IMG/VR virus record: IMGVR_UViG_3300020362_000006 | Span: 1-54,055 of that record | DNA from: a virus | Lineage: Duplodnaviria; Caudoviricetes | Direction: 5' to 3' (one strand) | Length of the DNA stretch: 54,055 nucleotides | In this document: positions 1-9,363 of the stretch, in pieces | Numbering within the stretch: position 1 is the first letter of the stretch | How the letters are laid out: each line of letters starts with the position of its first letter | The notes under the pieces: model-generated | Database searches by the model: none | Told to the model about the DNA's origin: nothing | What the model saw: only the letters and a program-made list of their open reading frames with translations | Translations under genes and position numbers: made by a program

Positions 1-78
1 ACAGGACCAGCTAAAGTAAAGTGGTCTGTTACTGCATCAGGTAGAAAAAGGAAGAAAAGTGGCACCAAGAAAGCGTGA
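1..78 (+). CDS. 3' end of small basic protein (partial)
   Basis: Open frame from base 1: TGPAKVKWSVTASGRKRKKSGTKKA-stop; overlaps next start. Confidence 0.5.
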   Translation, partial: TGPAKVKWSVTASGRKRKKSGTKKA

Positions 79-346
79 CAACATGCCAGCCCGTAACAAG
101 AAGAACTTCCGTCCTACGAAGTCTGGTGCGGGTATGACTAAGGCTGGGGTAGCAGCGTATCGTCGCAAGAACCCCGGAAGCAAACTCAAGACTGCTGTGA
201 CAGGCAAGGTAAAGCCGGGAAGCAAAGATGCCAAGCGTCGTAAGTCTTTCTGTGCACGGTCTGCCGGACAAATGAAGAAGTTTCCGAAAGCAGCCAAGAA
301 TCCTAACAGCCGCTTGAGACAAGCAAGGAAGCGTTGGAAATGCTAA
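59..346 (+). CDS. Small Lys/Arg-rich phage protein
   Basis: 95 aa, highly basic, RRKSFCARS motif typical of marine phage basic proteins. Confidence 0.75.
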   Translation: MAPRKRDNMPARNKKNFRPTKSGAGMTKAGVAAYRRKNPGSKLKTAVTGKVKPGSKDAKRRKSFCARSAGQMKKFPKAAKNPNSRLRQARKRWKC

Positions 347-723
347 ACCTACTGGTCGGACCAATTGCAGACTTAGCCGGAACTTGGTTGAACGGCAAGG
401 TCGAAGAGAAGAAAGCCCAAGCAAAGACACGGGTAGCCAAAGCAGAGGCAGAGGCTGTCGTAATGCAGAAAAAAGCCACAGGTGAAATAGACTGGGATTT
501 GAAGATGGCTGATGCTTCAGCATCCTCGTGGAAAGACGAATGGCTTGTAATTTTGTTCAGCATACCCTTAATTTTAGCTTTTATACCGGGAATGGAAGAC
601 ATTGTATCTCGTGGATTTCAACAATTGGAGCAAATGCCTCAATGGTACCAGTACAGCTTGGGCACGATTGTTGCTGCAAGCTTTGGAACACGAGCGGCAA
701 CGAAGTTCTTTGGAAAGAAATAG
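340..723 (+). CDS. Holin-like membrane protein (3TM holin-like)
   Basis: SWKDEW motif followed by two hydrophobic segments; next to lysozyme; start at 340 preferred over 334. Confidence 0.6.
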   Translation: MLNLLVGPIADLAGTWLNGKVEEKKAQAKTRVAKAEAEAVVMQKKATGEIDWDLKMADASASSWKDEWLVILFSIPLILAFIPGMEDIVSRGFQQLEQMPQWYQYSLGTIVAASFGTRAATKFFGKK

Positions 724-930
724 ATGACCTACACTATGGAAAAAATCCTAGCTTGGAAGATATTGCCTAGAGCAATGATGCTGGCTATGACTATCATGGC
801 TTATCAAGTCGTGCAGTGGTTCATGGACTTGGGACCAGCAGCCACCACACAGCAAACAGCCTTTGTATCTACTGTAGTTGGTGCTATGACAGGTGCCTTT
901 GCTGTTTGGATGGGACACGAACAGAAATGA
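724..930 (+). CDS. Small two-TM membrane protein (possible holin/antiholin)
   Basis: 68 aa, two hydrophobic helices, lysis cluster. Confidence 0.6.
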   Translation: MTYTMEKILAWKILPRAMMLAMTIMAYQVVQWFMDLGPAATTQQTAFVSTVVGAMTGAFAVWMGHEQK

Positions 931-1121
931 ACGTAATCATCTGGTCATTGGTTTTGACTGTTTGTACATCCGGTGGTCAATGTTTCAATCAGACTGTGCA
1001 GTGGTTCGACAAAGAAAACGAATGCTTGCGATACAAAGAAATATACGAAGATATTCCAAAAGATAATTCTTGGGCATCTGTCGAATACAAGTGCGGAATC
1101 ATAGGGGCTATGGAAATATGA
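927..1121 (+). CDS. Small Cys-containing protein
   Basis: ATGA overlap at both ends; hydrophobic N-terminus, 4 Cys. Confidence 0.6.
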   Translation: MNVIIWSLVLTVCTSGGQCFNQTVQWFDKENECLRYKEIYEDIPKDNSWASVEYKCGIIGAMEI

Positions 1122-1603
1122 AGTACAACACCTCGCATTTTTTAGATAAGCTTATTGAACACGAAGGTATGGTCCTTGAAGTCTATCAGGACACACTTGG
1201 TATCGATACAATTGGTATTGGTCGTAACTTAAAAGACAGAGGTATTACTAAAGAAGAACTAGACTATATGGACATACCCAATATAGATGTGGTATACGAA
1301 CATGGTATAACAGAAGCTGATGCAAGATACCTCGCCATGAACGACATTAGGATTGTAGAAAACGAACTGTGTAAAGTTCATCCGTGCGTAGAGGATTTGG
1401 ATGCGGTTCGCCAACTCATACTCATGGACATGGCGTTTAATATGGGAGTCCCCCGCTTGTGTAAATTTAAAAAGATGTGGGCTGCTATAGAAGAACATAG
1501 GTTCGATATTGCAAGTATAGAGATGATGGATTCGCGTTGGGCACGGCAGGTAGGTAGACGGGCTGTTATACTTTCAGATGCGATGAAAGCAGGTGAATTT
1601 TGA
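1118..1603 (+). CDS. Endolysin, T4-type (GH24) lysozyme
   Basis: E-x8-D-x5-T triad in HEGMVLEVYQDTLGIDTIGIG; MAFNMG and SRWARQV motifs. Confidence 0.9.
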   Translation: MKYNTSHFLDKLIEHEGMVLEVYQDTLGIDTIGIGRNLKDRGITKEELDYMDIPNIDVVYEHGITEADARYLAMNDIRIVENELCKVHPCVEDLDAVRQLILMDMAFNMGVPRLCKFKKMWAAIEEHRFDIASIEMMDSRWARQVGRRAVILSDAMKAGEF

Positions 1604-1782
1604 AAGTAGCCATGTTCTGCATCATCCTTACTGCTGAACCATCAGTATGGGAGATGGATGCCAAAGTTGTTTCAATGCATAATGTCATATCATCCTGCCA
1701 CATGGCTCTTACCGAACACGGCTTTGAGAAACCAAATGATAAATGTTTTTGTGTAGAAGCCGATGCCAACGAAACTCAATGA
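1600..1782 (+). CDS. Small Cys-containing protein
   Basis: 60 aa, overlapping start/stop with neighbours. Confidence 0.5.
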   Translation: MKVAMFCIILTAEPSVWEMDAKVVSMHNVISSCHMALTEHGFEKPNDKCFCVEADANETQ

Positions 1783-2158
1783 GAATACAGAGGTTGCATT
1801 ACCTCTACGTAATATTATAAGTATGGTTGCTGCCGCATCTGTGGCAACATGGGCATACTTCGGTATTATAGAAAGGCTAAATCAACTAGAAACTAATATC
1901 ACCATGATGAAGGCCGACTTGGAACAGAACACAGAGTTCCGTATAAAGTGGCCTCGTGGTGAGATGGGTAGCTTGCCAGCCGACAGTGAGCAGTTTATGC
2001 TGATTGAACATCTAGCTAGTGAACTAGAAAAATTGCAAACAGATATTGAGGGCGGCAAAGCACCATACGACCAACAGCAAAAGCTAACGCTAGAGTTTTA
2101 CGAAAAGCGTATTACAAACCTAGAAGAGAATATAGAGAAGTTAAGAAACGGTGGTTGA
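1763..2158 (+). CDS. Membrane-anchored coiled-coil protein
   Basis: N-terminal TM helix, heptad-rich remainder. Confidence 0.7.
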   Translation: MPTKLNENTEVALPLRNIISMVAAASVATWAYFGIIERLNQLETNITMMKADLEQNTEFRIKWPRGEMGSLPADSEQFMLIEHLASELEKLQTDIEGGKAPYDQQQKLTLEFYEKRITNLEENIEKLRNGG

Positions 2159-2357
2159 ACTTACTTTTGTATTATTGTTAGTGATGGGTGGAGAGAAGGT
2201 AGAGTATACGCCATATCAGTCTTTATCTGAGTGCCTATCAGTACGGCGTAAGATAAAGCGCAATGTAGGTCCAACCAATAACTTTGACCAAAAGTGGTCT
2301 TGTAAAGAGTTAAAAGTCAAAATAAAAGACGGTAATATATTGGAGTTTGTAGAGTAG
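2151..2357 (+). CDS. Small Cys-containing protein
   Basis: Hydrophobic N-terminus, YQSLSEC and WSC motifs. Confidence 0.6.
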   Translation: MVELTFVLLLVMGGEKVEYTPYQSLSECLSVRRKIKRNVGPTNNFDQKWSCKELKVKIKDGNILEFVE

Positions 2358-2360
2358 CCC

Positions 2361-3446
2361 ATGCCCCCACGTAATCATAAAGACTGGATAAAGAAACCTA
2401 AAATAGAGTATGTAAACTCTTTGATATATTCTGACCGTAGTTTATATGAACAAGAACAAGAAAACATATTTTCCAAAGTTTGGGTGCCTATGTGTCACAT
2501 CAGCGAAATGCGGAACAAAGGTGACTACAGGACCACACAAATTGCTGGCAAAAGAGTTATTGCAATTAACATAGACGGTAAGAATGTTAAGGCTTATTAT
2601 AATACTAATGATATTGACTATCGTACACCTGCTGGAACTATTACCTATGATGGTTGGGCAACAACAGAAAAACCCCTACATTGTGAAGTAAAACATGGGG
2701 GTATGGTCTGGGTGACACTAGACCCCAATCCAACACAGAGTGTAGAAGAATGGACGTGTGGTGCATTTGACTGTATTGCAGATGCAATCGACACAGAAGA
2801 ACTAGAGGTATTTCACTATCACAAAGCTATCATAGATACTAATTACAAGTTGTGGCACGATACTAACTCAGAGTTTTACCACGACTTTATGCATTACTTT
2901 AATCGTGTGTCAGGATTTAATGATGAGTACTTTGCTAGAAAAAATATTCCATTCGATAACGGACATGTCAACGTCAGTAGCTTTACAGTTAACTACGAAG
3001 AGTACGATGGTTTTGAAGACAGAGGAGAACTTAGTTTCCCTAACCTTCCGCCTAACCAATGGTATATGGTAGACTTGTTTCCCGGCTACAACTTTAATCT
3101 ACGTGGCAGTGCCTATCGTAGTGACAGTGTAACACCACTAGGACCAAACAAAGTTCTTATTGAGTTTCGGGGCTACGGTTTGCGTAGGGACACAGAAGAA
3201 GAAAGACAGACTCGTATCAAACATCACAACTCTATATGGGGACCGTTTGGTCGGAACCTACATGAAGACCTAATTGGTGTTGCAGGTCAAGGCACAACAA
3301 TGCGAGAAGGCACCGAACCACGAAACATTTTACACGGACGACACGAAAACAGTACAATCCACGATGAAGTAGGTATGCGCCATTATTATGCAGAATGGTC
3401 GAAATGGATGCAAGTGGATGCTAGTAATCCTGCACTGGCAGCGTAA
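2361..3446 (+). CDS. msmA: Rieske non-heme oxygenase alpha-subunit homologue, methanesulfonate monooxygenase MsmA-like, lacking Rieske ligands
   Basis: IYSD..YEQEQENIFSKVW..CHISE..GDY N-terminus, NYKLW..NSEFYHDFMH iron-site His pair, LFPGYNF, HEDL Asp; no CxH...CxxH. Confidence 0.75.
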   Translation: MPPRNHKDWIKKPKIEYVNSLIYSDRSLYEQEQENIFSKVWVPMCHISEMRNKGDYRTTQIAGKRVIAINIDGKNVKAYYNTNDIDYRTPAGTITYDGWATTEKPLHCEVKHGGMVWVTLDPNPTQSVEEWTCGAFDCIADAIDTEELEVFHYHKAIIDTNYKLWHDTNSEFYHDFMHYFNRVSGFNDEYFARKNIPFDNGHVNVSSFTVNYEEYDGFEDRGELSFPNLPPNQWYMVDLFPGYNFNLRGSAYRSDSVTPLGPNKVLIEFRGYGLRRDTEEERQTRIKHHNSIWGPFGRNLHEDLIGVAGQGTTMREGTEPRNILHGRHENSTIHDEVGMRHYYAEWSKWMQVDASNPALAA

Positions 3447-3480
3447 ACGATGATTATCAACCGACCAACGAGGAACAAAG

Positions 3481-3960
3481 ATGATTGCAGAAACCCTTGC
3501 GGGTATCGCACTGGTGAAGAGTGCCGTAGACGGTATTAAATCTGCAATTGGAACAGCCAAAGATGTTGGTGAAATTGCAGGGCATATTGATAACCTGCTA
3601 ACTGGTGAAAAGCAAGTACAGGAACAACGGGCACGTAAATCTGGTGTTAGCTTGGGTGACCAGTTCGGTATCAAGTCAGTTGCACAAGAAGTGATAGATG
3701 CACGGCTTGCACAAGAAAGCCTAAACGAAATGCGTACAATGGTGGACCTACGCTTTGGTCCCGGTACTTGGCAATCTATAGTTGACGAACGTGCACGTCG
3801 CATAAAAGAAGCAAAAGAAGCAGAGCGTCAAGCCAGAATTCAAGCCCAACGCGAACATGATGAGTTCATGGAAGGTTTGAAACAATCCGCTTTGGTTAGC
3901 TTAGTTGTAGCAGTAGCAATAGGTTTATTCTTTGCATTCATTATCCTACTTCCAAAATAA
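3481..3960 (+). CDS. Hypothetical protein with C-terminal TM helix
   Basis: 159 aa, SD GAGGA, coiled coil plus TM. Confidence 0.75.
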   Translation: MIAETLAGIALVKSAVDGIKSAIGTAKDVGEIAGHIDNLLTGEKQVQEQRARKSGVSLGDQFGIKSVAQEVIDARLAQESLNEMRTMVDLRFGPGTWQSIVDERARRIKEAKEAERQARIQAQREHDEFMEGLKQSALVSLVVAVAIGLFFAFIILLPK

Positions 3961-3961
3961 C

Positions 3962-3990
3962 TTGACTAAATTAAATTTTTAGTCTATAAT
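3962..3990 (+). promoter_or_regulatory. Sigma70-type promoter with palindrome in spacer
   Basis: TTGACT-17-TATAAT; inverted repeat GACTAAA-N7-TTTAGTC at 3964-3984. Confidence 0.75.
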
Positions 3991-4009
3991 AAGTTCGAAG
4001 GGGACTATT

Positions 4010-4234
4010 ATGAAAAAACTTGCTATAGACGCATTGAGGCACAGGTATGAAGCTGAGAAAAAAAGTGCAGAATACACTATCGTTAATTACTTCAACAATC
4101 CAGCAGCGATTGGGGAGCATCCCGACTTGCTTGCAGAAATTGATAAGGCTCTTGAAAGTTGGGATTCAGCGCAAGGTAAGCTTGAAGCCTTGGAAGCACA
4201 CGAAGATAACAGTTATCAAACGTTGTTTGATTAA
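4010..4234 (+). CDS. Hypothetical helical protein
   Basis: 74 aa, SD GGGG, IGEHPD motif, directly after promoter. Confidence 0.75.
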   Translation: MKKLAIDALRHRYEAEKKSAEYTIVNYFNNPAAIGEHPDLLAEIDKALESWDSAQGKLEALEAHEDNSYQTLFD

Positions 4235-4343
4235 GTATTTTGGCTTGGGACTTCTATACGCAGGTAGACCTTTTACAAAGATAGGTGATTGGTTTTGGAA
4301 AAAGCACAGGGCAGTATTAGACTTATTAAATCCCAACTCTTAA
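4227..4343 (+). CDS. Possible 38-aa peptide
   Basis: TTG start overlapping previous stop; aromatic-rich GRPFTKIGDWFWKKH. Confidence 0.3.
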   Translation: MIKYFGLGLLYAGRPFTKIGDWFWKKHRAVLDLLNPNS

Positions 4344-4442
4344 AACCTCAACACCTGAGACGCACATCCCCACCTGCTGTGTTGAAAAGTAAAGATTTAA
4401 AACAGGTTGGTAAAAACCGCTACGTTATAGTGAAGGCAACTG

Positions 4443-5105
4443 ATGACATTTCTTGAACTTATAAATGCCGTTCTACGTGAAGTAAACGAAGTTGAACTTA
4501 CGACTCTTGCTTCTAGTAGAGGCATACAGACTTCTGTAAAAGACTTTATAAATAAGTCACAAAGAGATATTATCAATTCTGAGGTTGAGTGGCCTTTTAC
4601 AATTGTGTCTACCTCTTTTACAACTACAGCAAGTACAGCGGAGTACACACCCCCCGCAGCCGTAAAGACCATAGATTTCGATACATTTACCGTTCAAGAA
4701 TCTGCAACAACAGCCGAAAAAAGTTTAAGTTACTTATCGTTCAACGAATACATAGAGCATTACAACGAGGTAGACACTAATCCTAACGGAGACAGCGAAG
4801 GACTACCTCGTTACGTCTATTTTACACCGGACGAAAAGATAGGATTGTCACCTGTACCTGATGTTGCTACATACACTGTAAGATATTACTATTATGCAAC
4901 TCATTCTGATATGGTTGCAGCAACAGATACGCCTGCTATACCAGAACGATTCCATGATGTTATAGTGAACCGTGCACGTTACTACACACATATGCTACGC
5001 TCTGATACTCAGTTCTCTCAGCTTGCGCTACGAGATTACGAACAAGGTTTGAATCGTATGCGTGTCGAACTTATCAACCGTAAGGATTACATGAGGGCCG
5101 TATAA
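4443..5105 (+). CDS. Head-tail adaptor / tail tubular protein A-like
   Basis: MTFLELINAVLRE start, WPF, LSPVPD, PAIPERFHDVIV motifs; position before nozzle. Confidence 0.75.
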   Translation: MTFLELINAVLREVNEVELTTLASSRGIQTSVKDFINKSQRDIINSEVEWPFTIVSTSFTTTASTAEYTPPAAVKTIDFDTFTVQESATTAEKSLSYLSFNEYIEHYNEVDTNPNGDSEGLPRYVYFTPDEKIGLSPVPDVATYTVRYYYYATHSDMVAATDTPAIPERFHDVIVNRARYYTHMLRSDTQFSQLALRDYEQGLNRMRVELINRKDYMRAV

Positions 5106-6610
5106 TGCCAGATACCTCGCTACTCAGTCCATTCGTAGTTCGTTTAGGTGGTGGATTGGTTCTGGACAAAGATACTTTTTCACAGCCACCGGGTTCTGCA
5201 GTGCAGCTAAAAAATTTTGAGCCTGATATTAACGGTGGGTATCGCCGTATCAACGGGTTTGATGAGTTTGATACAAACCAAATAGGCGGTTCATCAGGCA
5301 CGGTTCTAGGTGTACACATTTACAAAGACCAAGTCATTGCTGCAAAAGGAACCTCTGTGTTTAAAAGCACAGGCAGTGGTTACACTAGCATCGACACTGG
5401 GCGAACCAGTGCAGGACGATACAACTTTGTAAATTTTAACTTTGATGGCACCGACAAAATGATTATGGTTGATGGTGCCAATCTTGCGTCAGTGTTCAAC
5501 AACACAACAGTAACTGACGTAAGTGCATCTGGCAGACCTGCAGACCCAAAGTTTGTAGAGATATTTAGAAGCCACGCATTCTACGCTGGCATGTCTGCAA
5601 GTCCTCAAGAACTTATATTTAGTGTACCGTTTGATGAAGATAATTTCAGTGCAGCAGACGGTGCGGGTTCGATAAAGGTAGACGGTGTTATTGTAGGTAT
5701 CAAAGTCTTCCGTGAAAACTTGTTCGTTTTTTGTGAAGATTCTATATTCAAAATAACAGGTTCAAGCCTATCTGATTTTGCAGTAGTCCCTGTTACCAGA
5801 AAGATTGGCTGTGTAGACGGTTTTAGCATACAGGAGATATCTGGTGATATCGTGTACCTTGCCCCTGACGGTTTGCGAACAATTGCTGGTACTGAAAGAA
5901 TCGGGGACGTGGAACTTGGCACCATATCCAAACAGATACAGCCTCGCCTAGACAATGTTACAACTGACAGAATATCATCCCTTGTAATCAGAAGCAAAAG
6001 TCAATACCGTTTGTTTTTTCCGGGGGACTCTCAGGCAGAAGCTGCCGCTGCAGGAATTATTGGCGTAATTAAAGCAGGAGTGGATGGCGGAGTAGGCTGG
6101 GAATATGCGGACATTGTAGGTATAAAAGCTGCATGTTGTGCATCTGGATTTATTAGCGGCGTTGAAACTGTCATTCATGGTGGATATGACGGGTACGTAT
6201 ACAAGCAAGAAACTGGTAAAACATTCAACAGTACAAACATATCAGCTTTGTATGAGTCCCCTGCATATACTATGGGAGATGTCGGCGTCAGGAAGATGAT
6301 GCAAAGAATTATCTGGAACTATAACAACGAAGGCCCAGTGGATTCAGACTTCCGTATTAGATATGATTTTGGTTCTACAAGCATACCCCAACCTGCAGCT
6401 TATCCTCTTACTATAGGTGGCTCATCTGCTATTTACGGAACAAATACATATGGCACAGCCGTATACGGTTCATCAGGTGAACCAATTGTTAGACAGAGTA
6501 TAGAGGGTAGCGGGTTTACAGTTTCGGTTCGTTTAGATGACGCAGACGGAGCCGACCCCATTTCAATTAAAGGATACCAACTGGAATTTACACCGGGTGG
6601 AAGGAGATAA
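5105..6610 (+). CDS. Tail nozzle / tubular protein B-like (beta-propeller)
   Basis: 501 aa beta-rich, IGCVDGFSIQE and YLAPDGLR motifs. Confidence 0.7.
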   Translation: MPDTSLLSPFVVRLGGGLVLDKDTFSQPPGSAVQLKNFEPDINGGYRRINGFDEFDTNQIGGSSGTVLGVHIYKDQVIAAKGTSVFKSTGSGYTSIDTGRTSAGRYNFVNFNFDGTDKMIMVDGANLASVFNNTTVTDVSASGRPADPKFVEIFRSHAFYAGMSASPQELIFSVPFDEDNFSAADGAGSIKVDGVIVGIKVFRENLFVFCEDSIFKITGSSLSDFAVVPVTRKIGCVDGFSIQEISGDIVYLAPDGLRTIAGTERIGDVELGTISKQIQPRLDNVTTDRISSLVIRSKSQYRLFFPGDSQAEAAAAGIIGVIKAGVDGGVGWEYADIVGIKAACCASGFISGVETVIHGGYDGYVYKQETGKTFNSTNISALYESPAYTMGDVGVRKMMQRIIWNYNNEGPVDSDFRIRYDFGSTSIPQPAAYPLTIGGSSAIYGTNTYGTAVYGSSGEPIVRQSIEGSGFTVSVRLDDADGADPISIKGYQLEFTPGGRR

Positions 6611-6613
6611 AAT

Positions 6614-8518
6614 ATGGCAGGATATACCCGTCAATCGACATTTACAGATGGCGACGTTATCACCGCCGCACATTCCAATGACGAATTCAATCAAGTTTTA
6701 GCGGCGTTTAACAACACAACAGGTCACAAGCATGATGGCACGGCGGCAGAGGGTCCGGTCATTGGCTTGATTGGTGACCCCGGCATTGCCACACCTCTCA
6801 ATAAGGTCGTAGTAGATGATGGTAACAATCAAGTTGAGTTCAACATTGATGTGTCAGGAGTATCTACTGAACAGTTTGTTGTAAAAGACGGTGTAATCGA
6901 ACCGACAACGAACAACGATATAGACTTGGGTTCGTCTAGTAAACAGTTTAAAGATTTGCATTTGGATGGCACGGCTAACGTTGACGGACTGGCTTTGCCC
7001 ACCACAACAATCACTGACATTCTTGATGAAGACAACATGTCTTCCGACAGTGCCACAGCCCTTGCTACTCAGCAATCTATCAAAGCATACGTTGATACTC
7101 AGCTTACTGCTGAAGACTTGGATTTCCAAGCAGATACAGGTGGTGCACTCAGTATAGACCTTGATAGTGAAACACTTACATTTACTGGTGGCACAGGTAT
7201 TGATACCAGCGGTTCTGGCAACGCTGTTACGTTTGCTATTGACAGCACTGTAACGACCCTGACAGGTTCGCAAACTTTAACCAACAAAACTCTCACAACT
7301 CCAATCATTGCTGAGATTGATTCAGGTGCAGCTATCACCCTTGATGCTACAACTGATATTGTTCTGGATGCAGATGGCGGTGACATCACATTAAAGGATG
7401 GCGGAACAACATTTGGTAATCTAAACAACTCATCCGGCGAACTAGTTATTCAAAGCGGTAGCACTCCTACAACTGCCATCACTATGAGTGGTGCAGATGT
7501 AACTATTGCAGGTGACCTAACAATATCCGGCGATGATTTGACTATGGGTACGAACACCTCTGGTCACATCATGGTTGCTGATGGAAGTAACTTTAACCCT
7601 GTTGCAGTATCCGGGGATGTAACTATCAGTAGTGCAGGTGCAGTGACTATTGCAAACAATGCTGTTGAAACTGCAATGGTTAACGCTAACGTCATCACAG
7701 GCCAAACTGCAGAAACATCTGTAGACGCAACCAACGACTTAGTTTTAGTGTATGATAACGATGCAACGGCATTACGCAAAATGACCGTTGGTAATCTTGT
7801 AGCGGGTGTTAGCGGCGGTATTAGTGATGTTGTTTCTGATACAACCCCACAGCTTGGCGGTGACCTTGATGTAAACGGTAACGACATTGTATCTACATCT
7901 AACGGTAATATTGACATCTTACCTAACGGGACTGGTGTTGTAAATCTTGATGGTGACGGTTCAACAGGCGGTGTGTCTATATCTGATGGTCTTGTGGATA
8001 TTCGTACGGGCACAGGCACACGTTCTCAAGTTAAATTCTACTGTGAATCTAGCAACGCCCACGCACAAACTGTTCAACCACAGCCTCACTCTGCTGGTGT
8101 AACAAATACACTTACGTTACCTGCAGGGGGTAATCAGGAGATTGTGGGTACAACAGCTACACAGACTCTGACTAACAAGACTATCGATGCTGCCCAGCTA
8201 TCTGGCACGATTGCAAATGCACGACTTGATGCACAATTACAGGACGTAGCAGGATTAGCAACCACAGACGGTGGATTTATCGTAGGCGATGGTTCTAACT
8301 TTGTCCTTGAGACAGGCGCAACTGTTCGAACATCTCTTGGATTAGGAACGGCAGCAGTTGCAGATACAGGTACATCTGCAAGTAATGTCGTAGTGCTTGA
8401 CGGTTCCGCAAGACTACCAGCCGTAGATGGTTCACAATTAACTAACTTACCATCATCAGGAATTACGCAAGCAGACGCAGATGCTGGTGCAACTGCATTA
8501 GCTATAGCACTAGGATAG
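6614..8518 (+). CDS. Tail fibre protein
   Basis: 634 aa G/T/D/S-rich, LATQQSIKAYVD, QTLTNKT repeats, TPQLGGDLDVNG, LPAVDGSQLTNL. Confidence 0.85.
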   Translation: MAGYTRQSTFTDGDVITAAHSNDEFNQVLAAFNNTTGHKHDGTAAEGPVIGLIGDPGIATPLNKVVVDDGNNQVEFNIDVSGVSTEQFVVKDGVIEPTTNNDIDLGSSSKQFKDLHLDGTANVDGLALPTTTITDILDEDNMSSDSATALATQQSIKAYVDTQLTAEDLDFQADTGGALSIDLDSETLTFTGGTGIDTSGSGNAVTFAIDSTVTTLTGSQTLTNKTLTTPIIAEIDSGAAITLDATTDIVLDADGGDITLKDGGTTFGNLNNSSGELVIQSGSTPTTAITMSGADVTIAGDLTISGDDLTMGTNTSGHIMVADGSNFNPVAVSGDVTISSAGAVTIANNAVETAMVNANVITGQTAETSVDATNDLVLVYDNDATALRKMTVGNLVAGVSGGISDVVSDTTPQLGGDLDVNGNDIVSTSNGNIDILPNGTGVVNLDGDGSTGGVSISDGLVDIRTGTGTRSQVKFYCESSNAHAQTVQPQPHSAGVTNTLTLPAGGNQEIVGTTATQTLTNKTIDAAQLSGTIANARLDAQLQDVAGLATTDGGFIVGDGSNFVLETGATVRTSLGLGTAAVADTGTSASNVVVLDGSARLPAVDGSQLTNLPSSGITQADADAGATALAIALG

Positions 8519-8547
8519 TTGACAAACCCGAATAAACAATGTATAAT
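8519..8547 (+). promoter_or_regulatory. Consensus sigma70 promoter
   Basis: TTGACA-17-TATAAT exact, upstream of SD AGGAG and the fibre-accessory cluster. Confidence 0.85.
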
Positions 8548-8573
8548 ATACTTTAAAGCAAGGAGACTAACAA

Positions 8574-9023
8574 ATGGCGGACGATGCCTCAGTAACCGTA
8601 CAGGCAACGGTATTGCCTGATGAAATTGCCAAAACTATATCTGGCAGCATGACAATAACACCCGCAGATGCGAATGACAAGTGGTATTACAAGCTGACTA
8701 GCGTATCAAACTCTAGCACAGACTTGATGGCTGGTAACTTTATTGACTACACAGCCGTAGATGACGATACAGCACCTACAGCTATTGCAACTGGTGATAA
8801 AGTCAACTTTTTGTTTATCAAAAACACAGATTCAAGCAACGATGTGTACATTGTTTTAGACGCAGGAACTGCATCAACAAGTGCAACAGACGCAATTAAA
8901 ATTGCTGCTGGGCATTCTTGGTATGCAAATCTTCCTAACACAACCGTTGCAGACATCCATGCAATATCTTCTGCAAGCACAGTAACTTGTGTAGTGGCAG
9001 CATTGCTAGATGATGTAGCGTAA
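8574..9023 (+). CDS. Putative virion structural protein
   Basis: 149 aa beta-rich, SD AAGGAG. Confidence 0.7.
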   Translation: MADDASVTVQATVLPDEIAKTISGSMTITPADANDKWYYKLTSVSNSSTDLMAGNFIDYTAVDDDTAPTAIATGDKVNFLFIKNTDSSNDVYIVLDAGTASTSATDAIKIAAGHSWYANLPNTTVADIHAISSASTVTCVVAALLDDVA

Positions 9024-9033
9024 GGAGTGGGTT

Positions 9034-9363
9034 ATGGCTAATACCTTCAAAGTAAAGACGTTTGATGGGTCTAGCACTGCAGCTAATGCAGCGATGAATA
9101 TTTATACCGTTCCTGCGTCTACAACGACTGTGGTTATTGGCCTGACCATTGCTAATACTACGTCAAGCCAAATCACAGTAGATATAAAGCTAAGTGCAGC
9201 ATCTACTGTGTTCTTGGCTAAAAATATACCAATACCTGCAGGTGGTGCATTTGAATATATGGCAGGTAACAAAATCGTGATGGAAACTACCCATACAATT
9301 AGTGTAGTTTCGGACACTGCCAATAGTGCTGATTCTACCTTGAGTATTATGGAGATAACCTAA
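9034..9363 (+). CDS. Putative tail-associated protein
   Basis: 109 aa, MANTFK...YTVPASTT...LSIMEIT. Confidence 0.7.
   Translation: MANTFKVKTFDGSSTAANAAMNIYTVPASTTTVVIGLTIANTTSSQITVDIKLSAASTVFLAKNIPIPAGGAFEYMAGNKIVMETTHTISVVSDTANSADSTLSIMEIT

Noticed and set aside
29-8607. Many antisense ORFs of 60-165 aa
   Set aside because: Shadow frames of well-supported genes with no SD or recognisable motifs
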